Assembly: GCA_041649615.1 (NCBI GenBank)
Contig: JBAZMT010000003.1
Coordinates: forward strand, 1,297-65,296
Length of the DNA: 64,000 bases
From: Parcubacteria group bacterium
GTDB taxonomy: Bacteria; Patescibacteriota; Minisyncoccia; UBA6257; Colwellbacteraceae
Direction: 5' to 3'
Part shown: positions 28,066-37,161 of the stretch, in pieces
How the letters are laid out: the number at the start of each line of letters is the position of its first letter
How positions within the stretch are numbered: position 1 is the first letter of the stretch
Notes under the pieces: model-generated
The model's database searches: none
Told to the model about the DNA's origin: nothing
The model's input: the letters and a program-made list of their open reading frames with translations, nothing else
Translations under genes and position numbers: made by a program

Positions 28066-29595
28066 ATGGTTCGAGTCATTGTCGACAACCGGCTACGCCT
28101 GCAAGAGAGCGACCTGCCTGATGGCATGGTCGAGTCGTTGCGGAGCGACTTCGAGCATTCGAATCCGAGCTATTACAGGCAACGGCAACGGGTGGTCGCA
28201 TGGGGCCGCAAGCGCGGGCGAAAGATCGATCCCAACACCATCAAGGTCAAGGGCGAGCCGCCAATCATCACCTCTTGGCAGAGCGATGGAATGGGGGGCC
28301 TGTCGTTCCCTCGTGGCGGGACCACAATCGTTCGCCAGGCGTTCGAGCGGTTCGGGCTTGGGGAACCGGACTGGGACGACAGGCGCGTCGCTGGCACGCC
28401 TGCAACGGGGATGCAGCTGGCAGGCTACGAGCATCGGGTCCGGCTCTGGGAGCACCAGGACGAGATCGTGGCCGCGGCCATGGAACGGGAGAATTGTCTA
28501 GTCCGGGCGGAAACGGGTTCGGGCAAGACCACGGCCGCCATTGCACTTGCCGTCAAGGTTGGACTGCCCACCATCATCATCGTGTGGTCGGCAAACCTGT
28601 TCGACCAATGGATGGAGCGGCTCGTGAAGGAGCTCGGCGTTGACCCCGACGAGATTGGGCAGATTCGGGGCAGCCGTCGCACGCTCGGGCCCATCACGAT
28701 GGCGATGCAGCAGACGCTCTATGCCAATCCTCGGTTCACGGAGAAGATCGCGCCTCAGTTCGGGTGCGTCATGGCGGACGAGGTTCAACGCTTCGCGGCC
28801 CGCACGTTCAACGACGTGATCGACAAGTTCCCCGCTCGGTACCGCATCGGGTTCAGTGCGGACGAGCACCGCAAGGACAAGAAAGAGTTCCTCATCTACG
28901 ACGCGTTCGGTTCAGTTGCTGCCGACATTGGGAGAGACGAAGTGGTCAAGCGCAAGTTGGTTTTGGACGTCGAAGTGCGAGTGATCCCCACTGAGTTCCG
29001 TGCCGATTGGTACCGCGAGCAGCAGAAGGAGGAGAGTCCAGACTTCAACCGATTGCTCGAAGAGCTCGTCGAAGACAAGGGCCGCAACCTGACGGCGCTT
29101 TCGGTGGCTCGCACCATGATGAGCCTCGGGCATCAGGTGCTGATGCTGACGCATCGGCGCGAGCATGCCGCGATGTTCGTGCGGTCCGAGCTCGAACGCA
29201 AGACTCGCGCTGGACTGTTACTCGGCGGGCCCGAGAACGAAGCCGAGTTCGCCATGACGGTGAAGGCCATTCGTGCGGGGGAATGCCAGTTCGCCGCGGG
29301 GACGTACCAAGCCATCGGGCAAGGGATGGACGTGCCCTCGGTCTCGAGGGGCGTCGCTTGCACTCCGATCGCTTCGAACAAGCAATTCTTCGGGCAGGTC
29401 AGGGGCAGGCTTTGCCGCAAGTGTGACGGTAAGAAAGACGCCGTGCTCTACTACATCTGGGATCAGCACGTGTTCGGGCTCGAACCGATCATGAACTTGC
29501 GTCGATGGAACCGCGTCGTGATGGTTCAGTACGAAGACGAGTGGCTCACGGCCGACGACTTCATCACCGAGTGGAACAAGCGGAGGAAGGGATGA
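28066..29595 (+). CDS. SF2 DNA helicase (DEAD/DEAH-like, ResIII-type)
   Basis: Walker A AETGSGKTT, DEVQ box, and a C-terminal helicase region QAIGQGMDVPS. ATG 12 nt downstream of a TATCCACACT motif. Confidence 0.7.
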   Translation: MVRVIVDNRLRLQESDLPDGMVESLRSDFEHSNPSYYRQRQRVVAWGRKRGRKIDPNTIKVKGEPPIITSWQSDGMGGLSFPRGGTTIVRQAFERFGLGEPDWDDRRVAGTPATGMQLAGYEHRVRLWEHQDEIVAAAMERENCLVRAETGSGKTTAAIALAVKVGLPTIIIVWSANLFDQWMERLVKELGVDPDEIGQIRGSRRTLGPITMAMQQTLYANPRFTEKIAPQFGCVMADEVQRFAARTFNDVIDKFPARYRIGFSADEHRKDKKEFLIYDAFGSVAADIGRDEVVKRKLVLDVEVRVIPTEFRADWYREQQKEESPDFNRLLEELVEDKGRNLTALSVARTMMSLGHQVLMLTHRREHAAMFVRSELERKTRAGLLLGGPENEAEFAMTVKAIRAGECQFAAGTYQAIGQGMDVPSVSRGVACTPIASNKQFFGQVRGRLCRKCDGKKDAVLYYIWDQHVFGLEPIMNLRRWNRVVMVQYEDEWLTADDFITEWNKRRKG

Positions 29596-29936
29596 ACGAG
29601 AACGACGTCTGGTTGCTCGTGCGCGCCGTTCGAGACAATCGATACGGGCAAACGAATTGTCGCGTTGAGCCTGGCGAGAAAGCCGCTGCGACGCGCTTAG
29701 TCAAGCGAGGCTTGGTTGGATGGGCGAACTCGTATTCGATCTGTCCAACGGAAGCAGGGTTCAGAATGGTTGATCTGTTTGGGTTCGTCTTGAAGACGGC
29801 TCGAATCGACGGGAGTGAGATCGAATATGGAAACATCACGACGCAGAATGAAGACCGCGATAGAAGCAGCAACGGGCAAGCCCAAGGTAGACGCAAGCGC
29901 CCCACCCGGGACACCAATCACGGTCATCTGGGGTGA
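29592..29936 (+). CDS. hypothetical protein
   Basis: ATGA-coupled to the helicase gene; the 3' end overlaps the next ORF, so the true end is uncertain. Confidence 0.4.
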   Translation: MNENDVWLLVRAVRDNRYGQTNCRVEPGEKAAATRLVKRGLVGWANSYSICPTEAGFRMVDLFGFVLKTARIDGSEIEYGNITTQNEDRDRSSNGQAQGRRKRPTRDTNHGHLG

Positions 29937-30132
29937 GGAGACGTTCAGCCCGGTCCAGTACAATTCGTTCCGCATTGGCGGGCACTCGGTGACCGTTGTC
30001 GTGCAAGAAGGCGAGACCGCGCTGGATGCATGGAAGCGGGGATGGGCCTTGCTCGAAGAGGCGGCTGAGATTCAGTTCGACGACAAGCTCAGGGGTTTCA
30101 AGGAACGCATCGACAGATCGAAGCGAGGGTAA
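29848..30132 (+). CDS. hypothetical protein
   Basis: Protein-like composition from MKTAIEAATGKP onwards; start chosen to minimise overlap with the upstream ORF. Confidence 0.4.
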   Translation: MKTAIEAATGKPKVDASAPPGTPITVIWGEETFSPVQYNSFRIGGHSVTVVVQEGETALDAWKRGWALLEEAAEIQFDDKLRGFKERIDRSKRG

Positions 30133-30134
30133 CC

Positions 30135-30662
30135 ATGGCACGCGTTCCAAAGAGCGAAGCAGATGCAAAGGCTTTGAAAGCCAAGACTGCTCTCGTACTC
30201 AAAGGACGTGAGAACCTTGGAGCACTGAGCAGAAAGCGCACCAAGAAAACCAAGTGCGCTCGGGGCGTGTCGAAGTTGAAGGCCGAGCAATACGTGCTTC
30301 AGATCGACGAGCTCATCGAGAGCGGGTTGAATGGTGAAGAGCTGACGCCGACGTTGTTCGTCGCGTTGTTCTGTTGGATGCATGACGCCATCTACGACGT
30401 CGAATGCGTCGACGAGGTTGCGCCAGAATGGAACGTTGCGGCGAGTAGATTGTCGTTGATGATCGAAGAAGACTTCGAAGGCGACAAGGCCGAGTTCTTG
30501 ACCTATCTGCAATGGGCCGCAAAGGACGAAGAACGCGTTGAGCTTTGGCGCCGAAGCAATCGGCAGCAAGGCAAGCGCATCAAGTGGCGCGATTGGTTCA
30601 TGTTGAAGTCGAAGCTGTCCGACTACAGATTGTTCAAGATACGGACGCAAGGGGTTGACTGA
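30135..30662 (+). CDS. hypothetical protein
   Basis: 175-aa ORF. Confidence 0.5.
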   Translation: MARVPKSEADAKALKAKTALVLKGRENLGALSRKRTKKTKCARGVSKLKAEQYVLQIDELIESGLNGEELTPTLFVALFCWMHDAIYDVECVDEVAPEWNVAASRLSLMIEEDFEGDKAEFLTYLQWAAKDEERVELWRRSNRQQGKRIKWRDWFMLKSKLSDYRLFKIRTQGVD

Positions 30663-32201
30663 ATGAGCAAAGAGCAAGGCTACGCGACACCAGACTTCAA
30701 GATCACGCACGATGTGCTGAACGAGCAAACGATTCTGGCCGCGGCCATTGTCGATCCCAAGGTTCGAGCAGAGCTCGCGTCGAGGGTACGGGCGGAGCAC
30801 TTCCAAGACACAGACCACGCGCTCGCATGGGCTTCGATCTTGCGTGCTACCGCCCAAGGGCATGACCCGTCGCCAACGGCGATCGTTCAGTTGTCGGGTG
30901 GTAAGCTCGACAAGAAATATCTCGAAGACGTAGTTGCGGCGAACCCAAAGGTACCGCGCGACATTCGGTTCCACATCGACGCGCTCCAATGGGACATGAC
31001 GAGGGCGAAGGCCGTGCAAGGGCCGTTGAGCGAATTGCTCAGGGCGTTGCAGGACCCCGGCATGAGCCAGGAACGCGTTCGGGCGCTCGCCAAGCAGATC
31101 CCAATCTCGTTCCAGGGAAGCTCGTCTAGGACGCACTTGCGCGACGGCGCGAAGCTAGTTGCTGACCATCGTGCCGTCTTGCGGCAACGCATGAACGGCA
31201 TCGGGCTCTATCCAACGGGTATCGAAGGCCTTGACCGTTACCCCCCGAACAGCCTCGACGACAACGGCAACGATGTGAGCGGCCAACCCTTGCTCGTCCC
31301 CGGGCTGGAACCAGGCAAGATCACGACGGTGACGGCAATTTCTGGCGGTGGAAAGAGCACCATCGTTGCCAAGCTAGCGTTGAATCAAGCCAGGATGTGC
31401 GCCGAGCGTGAATGCGGGAAGGTGCTCTACGGCGCTTGGGAGATGTCGCCAGCGGATGTTCTCGAGCTGATGGCATGCATCAGCACGGGCATTTCGAGAA
31501 ACCGTGTGAAGACTGGTCAGATCACGGATGCCGAATGGAAGTTGCTTTGCAACACGATGGACGCGATTGCCCAATGGGTGAAGTTCGTCGACATGCCATT
31601 CCACAAGGAACGAGGCGTTCGACACACTCATGACGAAGTGCTCGACGTGATCCATGGTTACATCGCCGACAGTGGGGCGAGCATTGCAATCTTCGATCTG
31701 TGGCGACGCGCCTTCAGACGCATGAAGGACGAGAGCGATGAGCAGGAAGCGCTCTACCGTCAGCAGGCGATAGCCGAAGAGACGAACTGCCATTGCTTGC
31801 TCGTTCAGCAGCAACGCTTGAAAGACATTGAAACCAGACAGAACCCAATGCCGACACGCGAAGGCGTGAAGGGTTCGAGCGCATGGGTCGACGTGAGCGA
31901 TACGATGATCGGCGTTTACTTGCCGGGGCTCATGAAGCGGGTGAGCCGCAACGTCATTCAGTTGCTCGTGCTCAAGCAACGATACGGTCGTTGGCCATTG
32001 ACGATCGAATACCAATGGGACGGTGATATCGTTCATCTGCATAGCGGTCAGCTCGTGTGGGACGTTGCGATCGGTGACGAGAGCAAGGTTCAAAGCGGGC
32101 CGAGTGGGCACAATGGCAAGAAGAAGAAAGACCTGTCGAAGGCGGTCAACGTCGTGCCAGCGTCAAAGCTTCAGAAGGGGAAAGGATCGAAGGCAAAGTG
32201 A
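30663..32201 (+). CDS. dnaB: DnaB-like replicative DNA helicase
   Basis: DnaB-like N-terminal domain (EQTILAAAIVDP); RecA-fold Walker A GLEPGKITTVTAISGGGKST; length 512 aa. Confidence 0.75.
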   Translation: MSKEQGYATPDFKITHDVLNEQTILAAAIVDPKVRAELASRVRAEHFQDTDHALAWASILRATAQGHDPSPTAIVQLSGGKLDKKYLEDVVAANPKVPRDIRFHIDALQWDMTRAKAVQGPLSELLRALQDPGMSQERVRALAKQIPISFQGSSSRTHLRDGAKLVADHRAVLRQRMNGIGLYPTGIEGLDRYPPNSLDDNGNDVSGQPLLVPGLEPGKITTVTAISGGGKSTIVAKLALNQARMCAERECGKVLYGAWEMSPADVLELMACISTGISRNRVKTGQITDAEWKLLCNTMDAIAQWVKFVDMPFHKERGVRHTHDEVLDVIHGYIADSGASIAIFDLWRRAFRRMKDESDEQEALYRQQAIAEETNCHCLLVQQQRLKDIETRQNPMPTREGVKGSSAWVDVSDTMIGVYLPGLMKRVSRNVIQLLVLKQRYGRWPLTIEYQWDGDIVHLHSGQLVWDVAIGDESKVQSGPSGHNGKKKKDLSKAVNVVPASKLQKGKGSKAK

Positions 32202-33253
32202 GCGCGCAGAATCGACAGAGCGCCGATGTGCCAAGGTTGCTTGATGCGTTGGGTATTCGGTACCGAACGCACGGGCACGAGCTCTGGGCGCCATGTCCGC
32301 ATCCAGACCACAAGGAGACGCGCCCGAGTTGGAGCATCTCCCACAACCCACAGAGCCCGGGTAATGGTTCACACCATTGCTTCGGGTGCGCATTCAACGG
32401 GGGGCCCGTAGATCTGGTGATGGCCGTGCGAGGCCTGAGCATGGGTGGCTCGCGCGCATGGATCACGGATAACGGGCTTTGGCTCAAAGGGTCATTGCCG
32501 CTCGCGGTATCGTTCGAGATCACGAAGCTCTTGTCGAACCGTCTTCGCATCCCGAGCAAGTTGCTGAGCGGCCCGCTCAATGCTTGGGTGACGCCCGTTC
32601 GAAAGTACGCCTTGCAACGCGGGCTCACCGACGCGCAATGCCTGCGATGGGACATCTGTTACGCGATCGACGGCGCCATGGGTGGTCGCATCGTGTTCCC
32701 CGTCAAGGACGAGAACGAAGAGTGGCTCGGTTGGCACGCTCGCACGTTCTGCAAACAGGACAAGCGGTACAAGAACGCCAGCGAGGCCGACGGCTACGAC
32801 CCCGGGGCGATCTTTGGGATGCGCCATTGGCCTCCCTACGATGCACGGGCAGGCCTTTCCCTAGTGCTTACCGAGGGCGCGCTGGATGCGCTAGCGTGCG
32901 AACGTGCGGGTGCTAGGTTTCTTGCGGCTATTGGAGGCAGTGAGCCGCACGCAAGGCAACTCCTGAAGCTCCAACAATGGGACCGGATACTCGTTGCCAC
33001 AGATGGAGACCATGCCGGTGACAGAATGTTCGAGACGTTGCGGGGACTACTTGGGAGGAAAGTCGATATTCGAAGGGTGGAGATCCCTCGAGATTGCGAT
33101 GCCGCGGAGCTCACTCGAGATCAGTTGAGAGAGTTGCTATGGCAAGCCGAAGGCTCAGGAAGAAGCCCAAACGAAGCAAGAAGTACAAGCGGAAGAGTGG
33201 TCCGCCGAAGAAGAGTGGTTACCCTGCAAGGAAACCAGCTCACCCAGAAATAA
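32198..33253 (+). CDS. dnaG: DnaG-like DNA primase (CHC2 zinc finger + TOPRIM)
   Basis: CPHPDHKETRPSW...HCFGCAFNG zinc-binding motif; TOPRIM acidic residues (LVLTEGALDALA ... LVATDGDHAGD). Confidence 0.75.
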   Translation: MSAQNRQSADVPRLLDALGIRYRTHGHELWAPCPHPDHKETRPSWSISHNPQSPGNGSHHCFGCAFNGGPVDLVMAVRGLSMGGSRAWITDNGLWLKGSLPLAVSFEITKLLSNRLRIPSKLLSGPLNAWVTPVRKYALQRGLTDAQCLRWDICYAIDGAMGGRIVFPVKDENEEWLGWHARTFCKQDKRYKNASEADGYDPGAIFGMRHWPPYDARAGLSLVLTEGALDALACERAGARFLAAIGGSEPHARQLLKLQQWDRILVATDGDHAGDRMFETLRGLLGRKVDIRRVEIPRDCDAAELTRDQLRELLWQAEGSGRSPNEARSTSGRVVRRRRVVTLQGNQLTQK

Positions 33254-33492
33254 GGGATGATGCGCATAAGTTGATCTTGGCTCGAACGTTGAGGAAGGAC
33301 TTGATTGCAACCGGTGGAGACATCTCGAGAGCGGCACATCGAACGGCGGTATCGAGAAAGGCTGCATACAACATGATCAAGTATTGGGGACTTTGGCCGC
33401 TCGTGAACGAGTGCAGACGCAAGCGCTACGAAGCAACCGAGGTTGATGGCTCCAATCTCATTCAACGAACGCACCTAGCGATGAGAGGTTGA
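33139..33492 (+). CDS. small basic HTH DNA-binding protein
   Basis: K/R-rich N-terminus and a C-terminal HTH-like segment IATGGDISRAAHRTAVSRKAAYNMIKYW. The start is uncertain: it overlaps the primase 3' end, and an alternative TTG start lies near 33270. Confidence 0.4.
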   Translation: MASRRLRKKPKRSKKYKRKSGPPKKSGYPARKPAHPEIRDDAHKLILARTLRKDLIATGGDISRAAHRTAVSRKAAYNMIKYWGLWPLVNECRRKRYEATEVDGSNLIQRTHLAMRG

Positions 33493-33493
33493 G

Positions 33494-33805
33494 ATGGCAC
33501 GTAACGAGACAGAAATTGGATCTGAGATTCGCGCCTACCGTTACGAGGTAGCGATGGAGATGCTTGTTCCTCTGCTGAAGAAGCATGGTGGCAATACGGT
33601 TCACGCTGCGAAGGACGCTGACGTGCATCACGCAACTCTCAAGCGTTGGATTGTGGCGCTCGATGACGCCGGGCAACCCATCCGCGAAGCGTTGGATGAG
33701 ATGCGTGGGGTGACCGCTCGCAAGCTGGCCAGGGCCAAGGCCACGAAGAAGAAAGGGCCCAAACGGGCGGTGAAGAGCGCGGGCAGAGCCCACCAATCGG
33801 CTTGA
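33494..33805 (+). CDS. Fis-type HTH DNA-binding protein
   Basis: GNTVHAAKDADVHHATLKRWI is a classical helix-turn-helix; basic C-terminal tail. Confidence 0.5.
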   Translation: MARNETEIGSEIRAYRYEVAMEMLVPLLKKHGGNTVHAAKDADVHHATLKRWIVALDDAGQPIREALDEMRGVTARKLARAKATKKKGPKRAVKSAGRAHQSA

Positions 33806-33848
33806 TTCTACCGAGTTACAGAATTCTCGATCTCGGCTGAGGAATTCG

Positions 33849-33875
33849 TTGGCGCGCTAGCGCATGGCATGCGAA
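33849..33875 (+). promoter_or_regulatory. TTGGCGCGCTAGCGCATGGCATGCGA conserved intergenic element, copy 1 (contains the 10-bp palindrome GCGCTAGCGC)
   Basis: 15-mer GCGCGCTAGCGCATG identical to the copy at 35828; upstream of the gene starting at 33926. Confidence 0.5.
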
Positions 33876-33925
33876 GGTTGATCCGTCGAAGGGAACAACC
33901 CACGGCAAGAAAGGTAGAATCCAGA

Positions 33926-34582
33926 ATGACCGACCTATCCAACACTAGCGCCAATGCAACGACCACCGAGACCGCCAAAGCCGCCAAGGCCAAGATCGAC
34001 AAGAAGCAAGCCACGGCCGCGCTCAGCAACCTGACGCAGGCGAAGCGGGTCATCGAAGGCAAGGCAGTGACCAAGAAAGCCCAGAAGCGCGAGGCAGTGA
34101 TTGCTCGACGCGAAGAGGAGAAGAAGGCTGCCCTGGTATTGCTCGACACGGGATCGACGAAGAAGTGGTCAGCGCGGTTTGCCCTAGTGCGCGCCGTCAC
34201 CGCGATGAAGATGGGTGCCAGCGCGGAAGAGTTGCGCGGTTGCAAAGCCCTCATGACCGTGACCGATTGGCCCGCGCTGGAACAACCCGTGCGTGACTAC
34301 GCGGTAGCCGTTCAGGCGGATGCGGACAAGATTGCGAGCATCCTTTGCACGAAGCCCGCGGCCCCTGCCCCTGCCCCTGCCCCTACCCCTGCCCCTGCCC
34401 CGGTTGCAGTGGCCCCCAAGGCGGAGCCCAAGCCCGAGCCCAAGGCGGAGTCGGTCAAGCCCCCGACCCCTATTCGCCCGCCCATGACGGCGGTCAAGCC
34501 GCTCGGTACCAAGCCGGCAACGGCTGCTCCCGCGGCAAAGCCTGCCAAGCCCCCCGCAAAGCCGGTCAGTCGCGCCTCCTAA
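33926..34582 (+). CDS. hypothetical protein with (PA)n / KP-rich C-terminus
   Basis: Start placed downstream of the conserved GCGCGCTAGCGCATG promoter-like motif. PAAPAPAPAPTPAPAP low-complexity region. Confidence 0.5.
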   Translation: MTDLSNTSANATTTETAKAAKAKIDKKQATAALSNLTQAKRVIEGKAVTKKAQKREAVIARREEEKKAALVLLDTGSTKKWSARFALVRAVTAMKMGASAEELRGCKALMTVTDWPALEQPVRDYAVAVQADADKIASILCTKPAAPAPAPAPTPAPAPVAVAPKAEPKPEPKAESVKPPTPIRPPMTAVKPLGTKPATAAPAAKPAKPPAKPVSRAS

Positions 34583-34585
34583 ACG

Positions 34586-34597
34586 CTCACCGGTGAG
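34586..34597. promoter_or_regulatory. palindrome CTCACCGGTGAG, copy placed immediately between a stop codon and a terminator hairpin
   Basis: Exact 12-mer, extended as CTCACCGGTGAGAGG as at 27426 and 48477. Confidence 0.45.
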
Positions 34598-34602
34598 AGG
34601 TT

Positions 34603-34639
34603 CCCCGTGGTCTAGCGATGGGCCACGGGGTTCTTCTTG
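34603..34639 (+). terminator. rho-independent terminator-like hairpin (CCCCGTGG ... CCACGGGG + TTCTTCTTG)
   Basis: 8-bp GC-rich stem, 12-nt loop, T-rich tail; downstream of the stop at 34582. Confidence 0.5.
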
Positions 34640-34655
34640 AAGAAAGGACAGTTCG

Positions 34656-35759
34656 ATGCTCAACGAAACAGCGACAGGTAAGTTCAGTTCGGCGCGCAAG
34701 GCAGGAGAGGCGTTCTTAGGTGTGGAGGTGGCTTGGAACATGGGGGAGCAGGCGACGGACCTGGCGATTCCCCGTGGACAGTTCGAAGCGTTGTTCATGG
34801 CTGTCACCAACCGGAAGGAGTTCTTCAAGAAGATCACGGCCGAGGACAGCCTCACCGTCGCCGCGAAGCTCGGCTGGAGCCTGCAACTGAAGATCGATCC
34901 CCGCACGGTCACAGTCAAGCAACTGAGCAAGCCCGATAAGGACACACCCCTAGCGTTCGGCGTTTACTACCGGGTCAGCCTTGAAGGCGAGCGCGACAAG
35001 TGGGAGCTCGGGGCACGGGTTCGCGTGCAAGACGGGCAGGTCGTTGTCTGCCCGCCAATGGACGAGACGGAGTTCCCGAGCGAGTCGGCGAAGCGTTGGG
35101 GTGAAGCGATGGCAACCTACGCCAACGAGTGCTTCGGTACCGCGTTCAACTACCACATCAGTCACGCGTTGCTCGATCTCGGTGACGAGCTTGGATGGGT
35201 CAGTCGCCGAGTGAGCGGCGGAGTGTACTTTCTACCGGGCGACTCCGGTGAGAAGTTCACTCAGGTGCTCGACGGCCTTGCCGAGTTGACCAACGAGAAG
35301 CCGGTGAAGTTCGAAGGATCGGCGATCCCTCAGTACGCTGACCCGCGAACGCTCTCGACGTGGAAGCGCCGTACTGAGCAGACGTTCGAAGGCGAGCTCG
35401 ACCAACTGAACGCGCGTCTCGCCGACATGGTTTCGAGCGACAAGACACGCGAGTCGACGTTCGATACCAAGGTCTTCGAATGCGCCGAGCTCCTTCTGAA
35501 GGCGGACCGTTACGCGAACATCCTTCAGGAGCGGCTTGGGCCGCTCAAGGAGAAGATTGACGAAGTGAGGGCCAAGTTCGCCGACGCGAAAGCTGAGTTG
35601 CAGGCGAGCAAGGGCAAGGCCGACAAGGCGTTCAACGACGTCGCCAAAGCCGCCAAGGGCGCCAAGGCTGCCCCCACAGTGGTCGCGCAGCCAGCCAAGC
35701 CGGCGGGTCCCGTAAAGGTCCGCACCAAAGCCGAGCTCATGGCCCTTTTCGCGATCTGA
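34656..35759 (+). CDS. hypothetical protein
   Basis: 367-aa ORF, ends before the terminator hairpin at 35782. Confidence 0.55.
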   Translation: MLNETATGKFSSARKAGEAFLGVEVAWNMGEQATDLAIPRGQFEALFMAVTNRKEFFKKITAEDSLTVAAKLGWSLQLKIDPRTVTVKQLSKPDKDTPLAFGVYYRVSLEGERDKWELGARVRVQDGQVVVCPPMDETEFPSESAKRWGEAMATYANECFGTAFNYHISHALLDLGDELGWVSRRVSGGVYFLPGDSGEKFTQVLDGLAELTNEKPVKFEGSAIPQYADPRTLSTWKRRTEQTFEGELDQLNARLADMVSSDKTRESTFDTKVFECAELLLKADRYANILQERLGPLKEKIDEVRAKFADAKAELQASKGKADKAFNDVAKAAKGAKAAPTVVAQPAKPAGPVKVRTKAELMALFAI

Positions 35760-35781
35760 CGGCCCCAAGCCCAAGCCTAAA

Positions 35782-35825
35782 ACGGGCCAGCGTGCGACCT
35801 CCGCGCTGGCCCGTTGATGATTTCT
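35782..35825 (+). terminator. rho-independent terminator-like hairpin (ACGGGCCAGCG ... CGCTGGCCCGT + TGATGATTTCTATT)
   Basis: 11-bp perfect stem after the stop at 35759. Confidence 0.55.
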
Positions 35826-35850
35826 ATTGCGCGCTAGCGCATGCCGTGCG
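35826..35850 (+). promoter_or_regulatory. TTGCGCGCTAGCGCATGCCGTGCGA conserved intergenic element, copy 2
   Basis: Directly after the terminator at 35782-35825 and about 50 nt upstream of the MoxR ATPase ATG. Confidence 0.5.
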
Positions 35851-35898
35851 ACTGTGATTTCGTTGTTTGGTTGCCCCAACCGGGGCAGGGAGATCAGC

Positions 35899-37161
35899 AT
35901 GGAAGAGATCGGTAGAGTCGGTCGAAGGCGTCGCCGCCAAGAGACCAAGGAAGCCAACCCCATCGTCGCCCCAGAAGAAGCGGGTGTTGTCGACGGAGGG
36001 ATCGTTGGCGAGTTGCCAGTCGTGACGCGGTTGAACAATGCCGCAAAGCAACTGAACGGGTTCTTCGCTGAACGCGAAGCGGCTGTTCGATGCATGATGA
36101 TCGCGTTGCTGACGGGAATGAACTACTTGCTCGTCGGGCCGCGAGGCACTGCGAAGACGGTGCTCAGCAAGGCGATGATGAAGCACGTTGACGGGTCGAA
36201 GCACTTTTCGACGCTGCTCGGTAGCTTCTCGACGTTGAACGATCTGATTGGTCGAATCGACTTGGCCGCCCTGCAACGCGGTGAGGAGAAGCGGAAGATC
36301 GAGGGCAAGTTGCTTGACTGCGACACCGCGTTCATTGACGAGGCCTTGAAGGGTAGCGATGGCGTTCTGAACAGCCTGCTCGGGCTGCTCAGTGACGAGC
36401 GCGACTTCGACGGCGTTCGGGCGCCCCTTTGGAGCGTTGGAAGCGCGACGAACTGGCCAGAAGTGAACCGCCGTACTGACCGCATCGCCGCGCTCTACGA
36501 CCGGTTCCATATCAAGGTTCCGGTGACCGCGGTGAAGACGCGAGCGGGCCGAGTGCAAGTGCTCAGGGCGAGCCGAGTCGTTGGCACCTACACGCCGACC
36601 GAGGACTCGATTGTGACCCTCGACGAGCTACGTGATGCCGCGCTGGAAGTAGCGAATATCCAGATCGACGCTTCAATCGAAGACCTACTTTGCAGCATCC
36701 AAGAACGTTGCATCAAGGATGAGATCGACATCAGCGATAGAAAGCTCGGCCAGTGGCAACGAGGCATTCAGGCGAATGCATGGTTGTCGGGGCGAACCGA
36801 AGTGTCCGTCGAAGACATGGACATCTTGCCCTTCATGGCATGGGACAACGAGAAGGACATTGCCAAGGCGACAGCGATCATCAGTAGTTGTGACCTTGAG
36901 CTTGCGCAAGGGCTCATCAAGCGGGTTGACGAAGCGCGGCAAGCCTACGCGAACATCAAGCGCACGGGTTTGACAGCGGCTAACGCGAGTCAGGTGCTCG
37001 AGAAGATCATCAGAACCGCGGAAAGCGTCTCGGGCGACATGAAGCGCTTCAAGCTTCGCGAGTCCAGCAGGAACGACGTCGCTCGTGCGGTGAAGAGCCT
37101 GCAACGTGACTTCGAAGAGCTCTACTCGAAGTTCCAACCGGCATTAGATGGGGAAGGGTGA
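35899..37161 (+). CDS. MoxR-family AAA+ ATPase (CobS/RavA-like)
   Basis: Walker A LLVGPRGTAKT, Walker B CDTAFIDEA; AAA_3/AAA_5-like. Start placed downstream of the conserved promoter-like motif at 35826. Confidence 0.7.
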   Translation: MEEIGRVGRRRRRQETKEANPIVAPEEAGVVDGGIVGELPVVTRLNNAAKQLNGFFAEREAAVRCMMIALLTGMNYLLVGPRGTAKTVLSKAMMKHVDGSKHFSTLLGSFSTLNDLIGRIDLAALQRGEEKRKIEGKLLDCDTAFIDEALKGSDGVLNSLLGLLSDERDFDGVRAPLWSVGSATNWPEVNRRTDRIAALYDRFHIKVPVTAVKTRAGRVQVLRASRVVGTYTPTEDSIVTLDELRDAALEVANIQIDASIEDLLCSIQERCIKDEIDISDRKLGQWQRGIQANAWLSGRTEVSVEDMDILPFMAWDNEKDIAKATAIISSCDLELAQGLIKRVDEARQAYANIKRTGLTAANASQVLEKIIRTAESVSGDMKRFKLRESSRNDVARAVKSLQRDFEELYSKFQPALDGEG

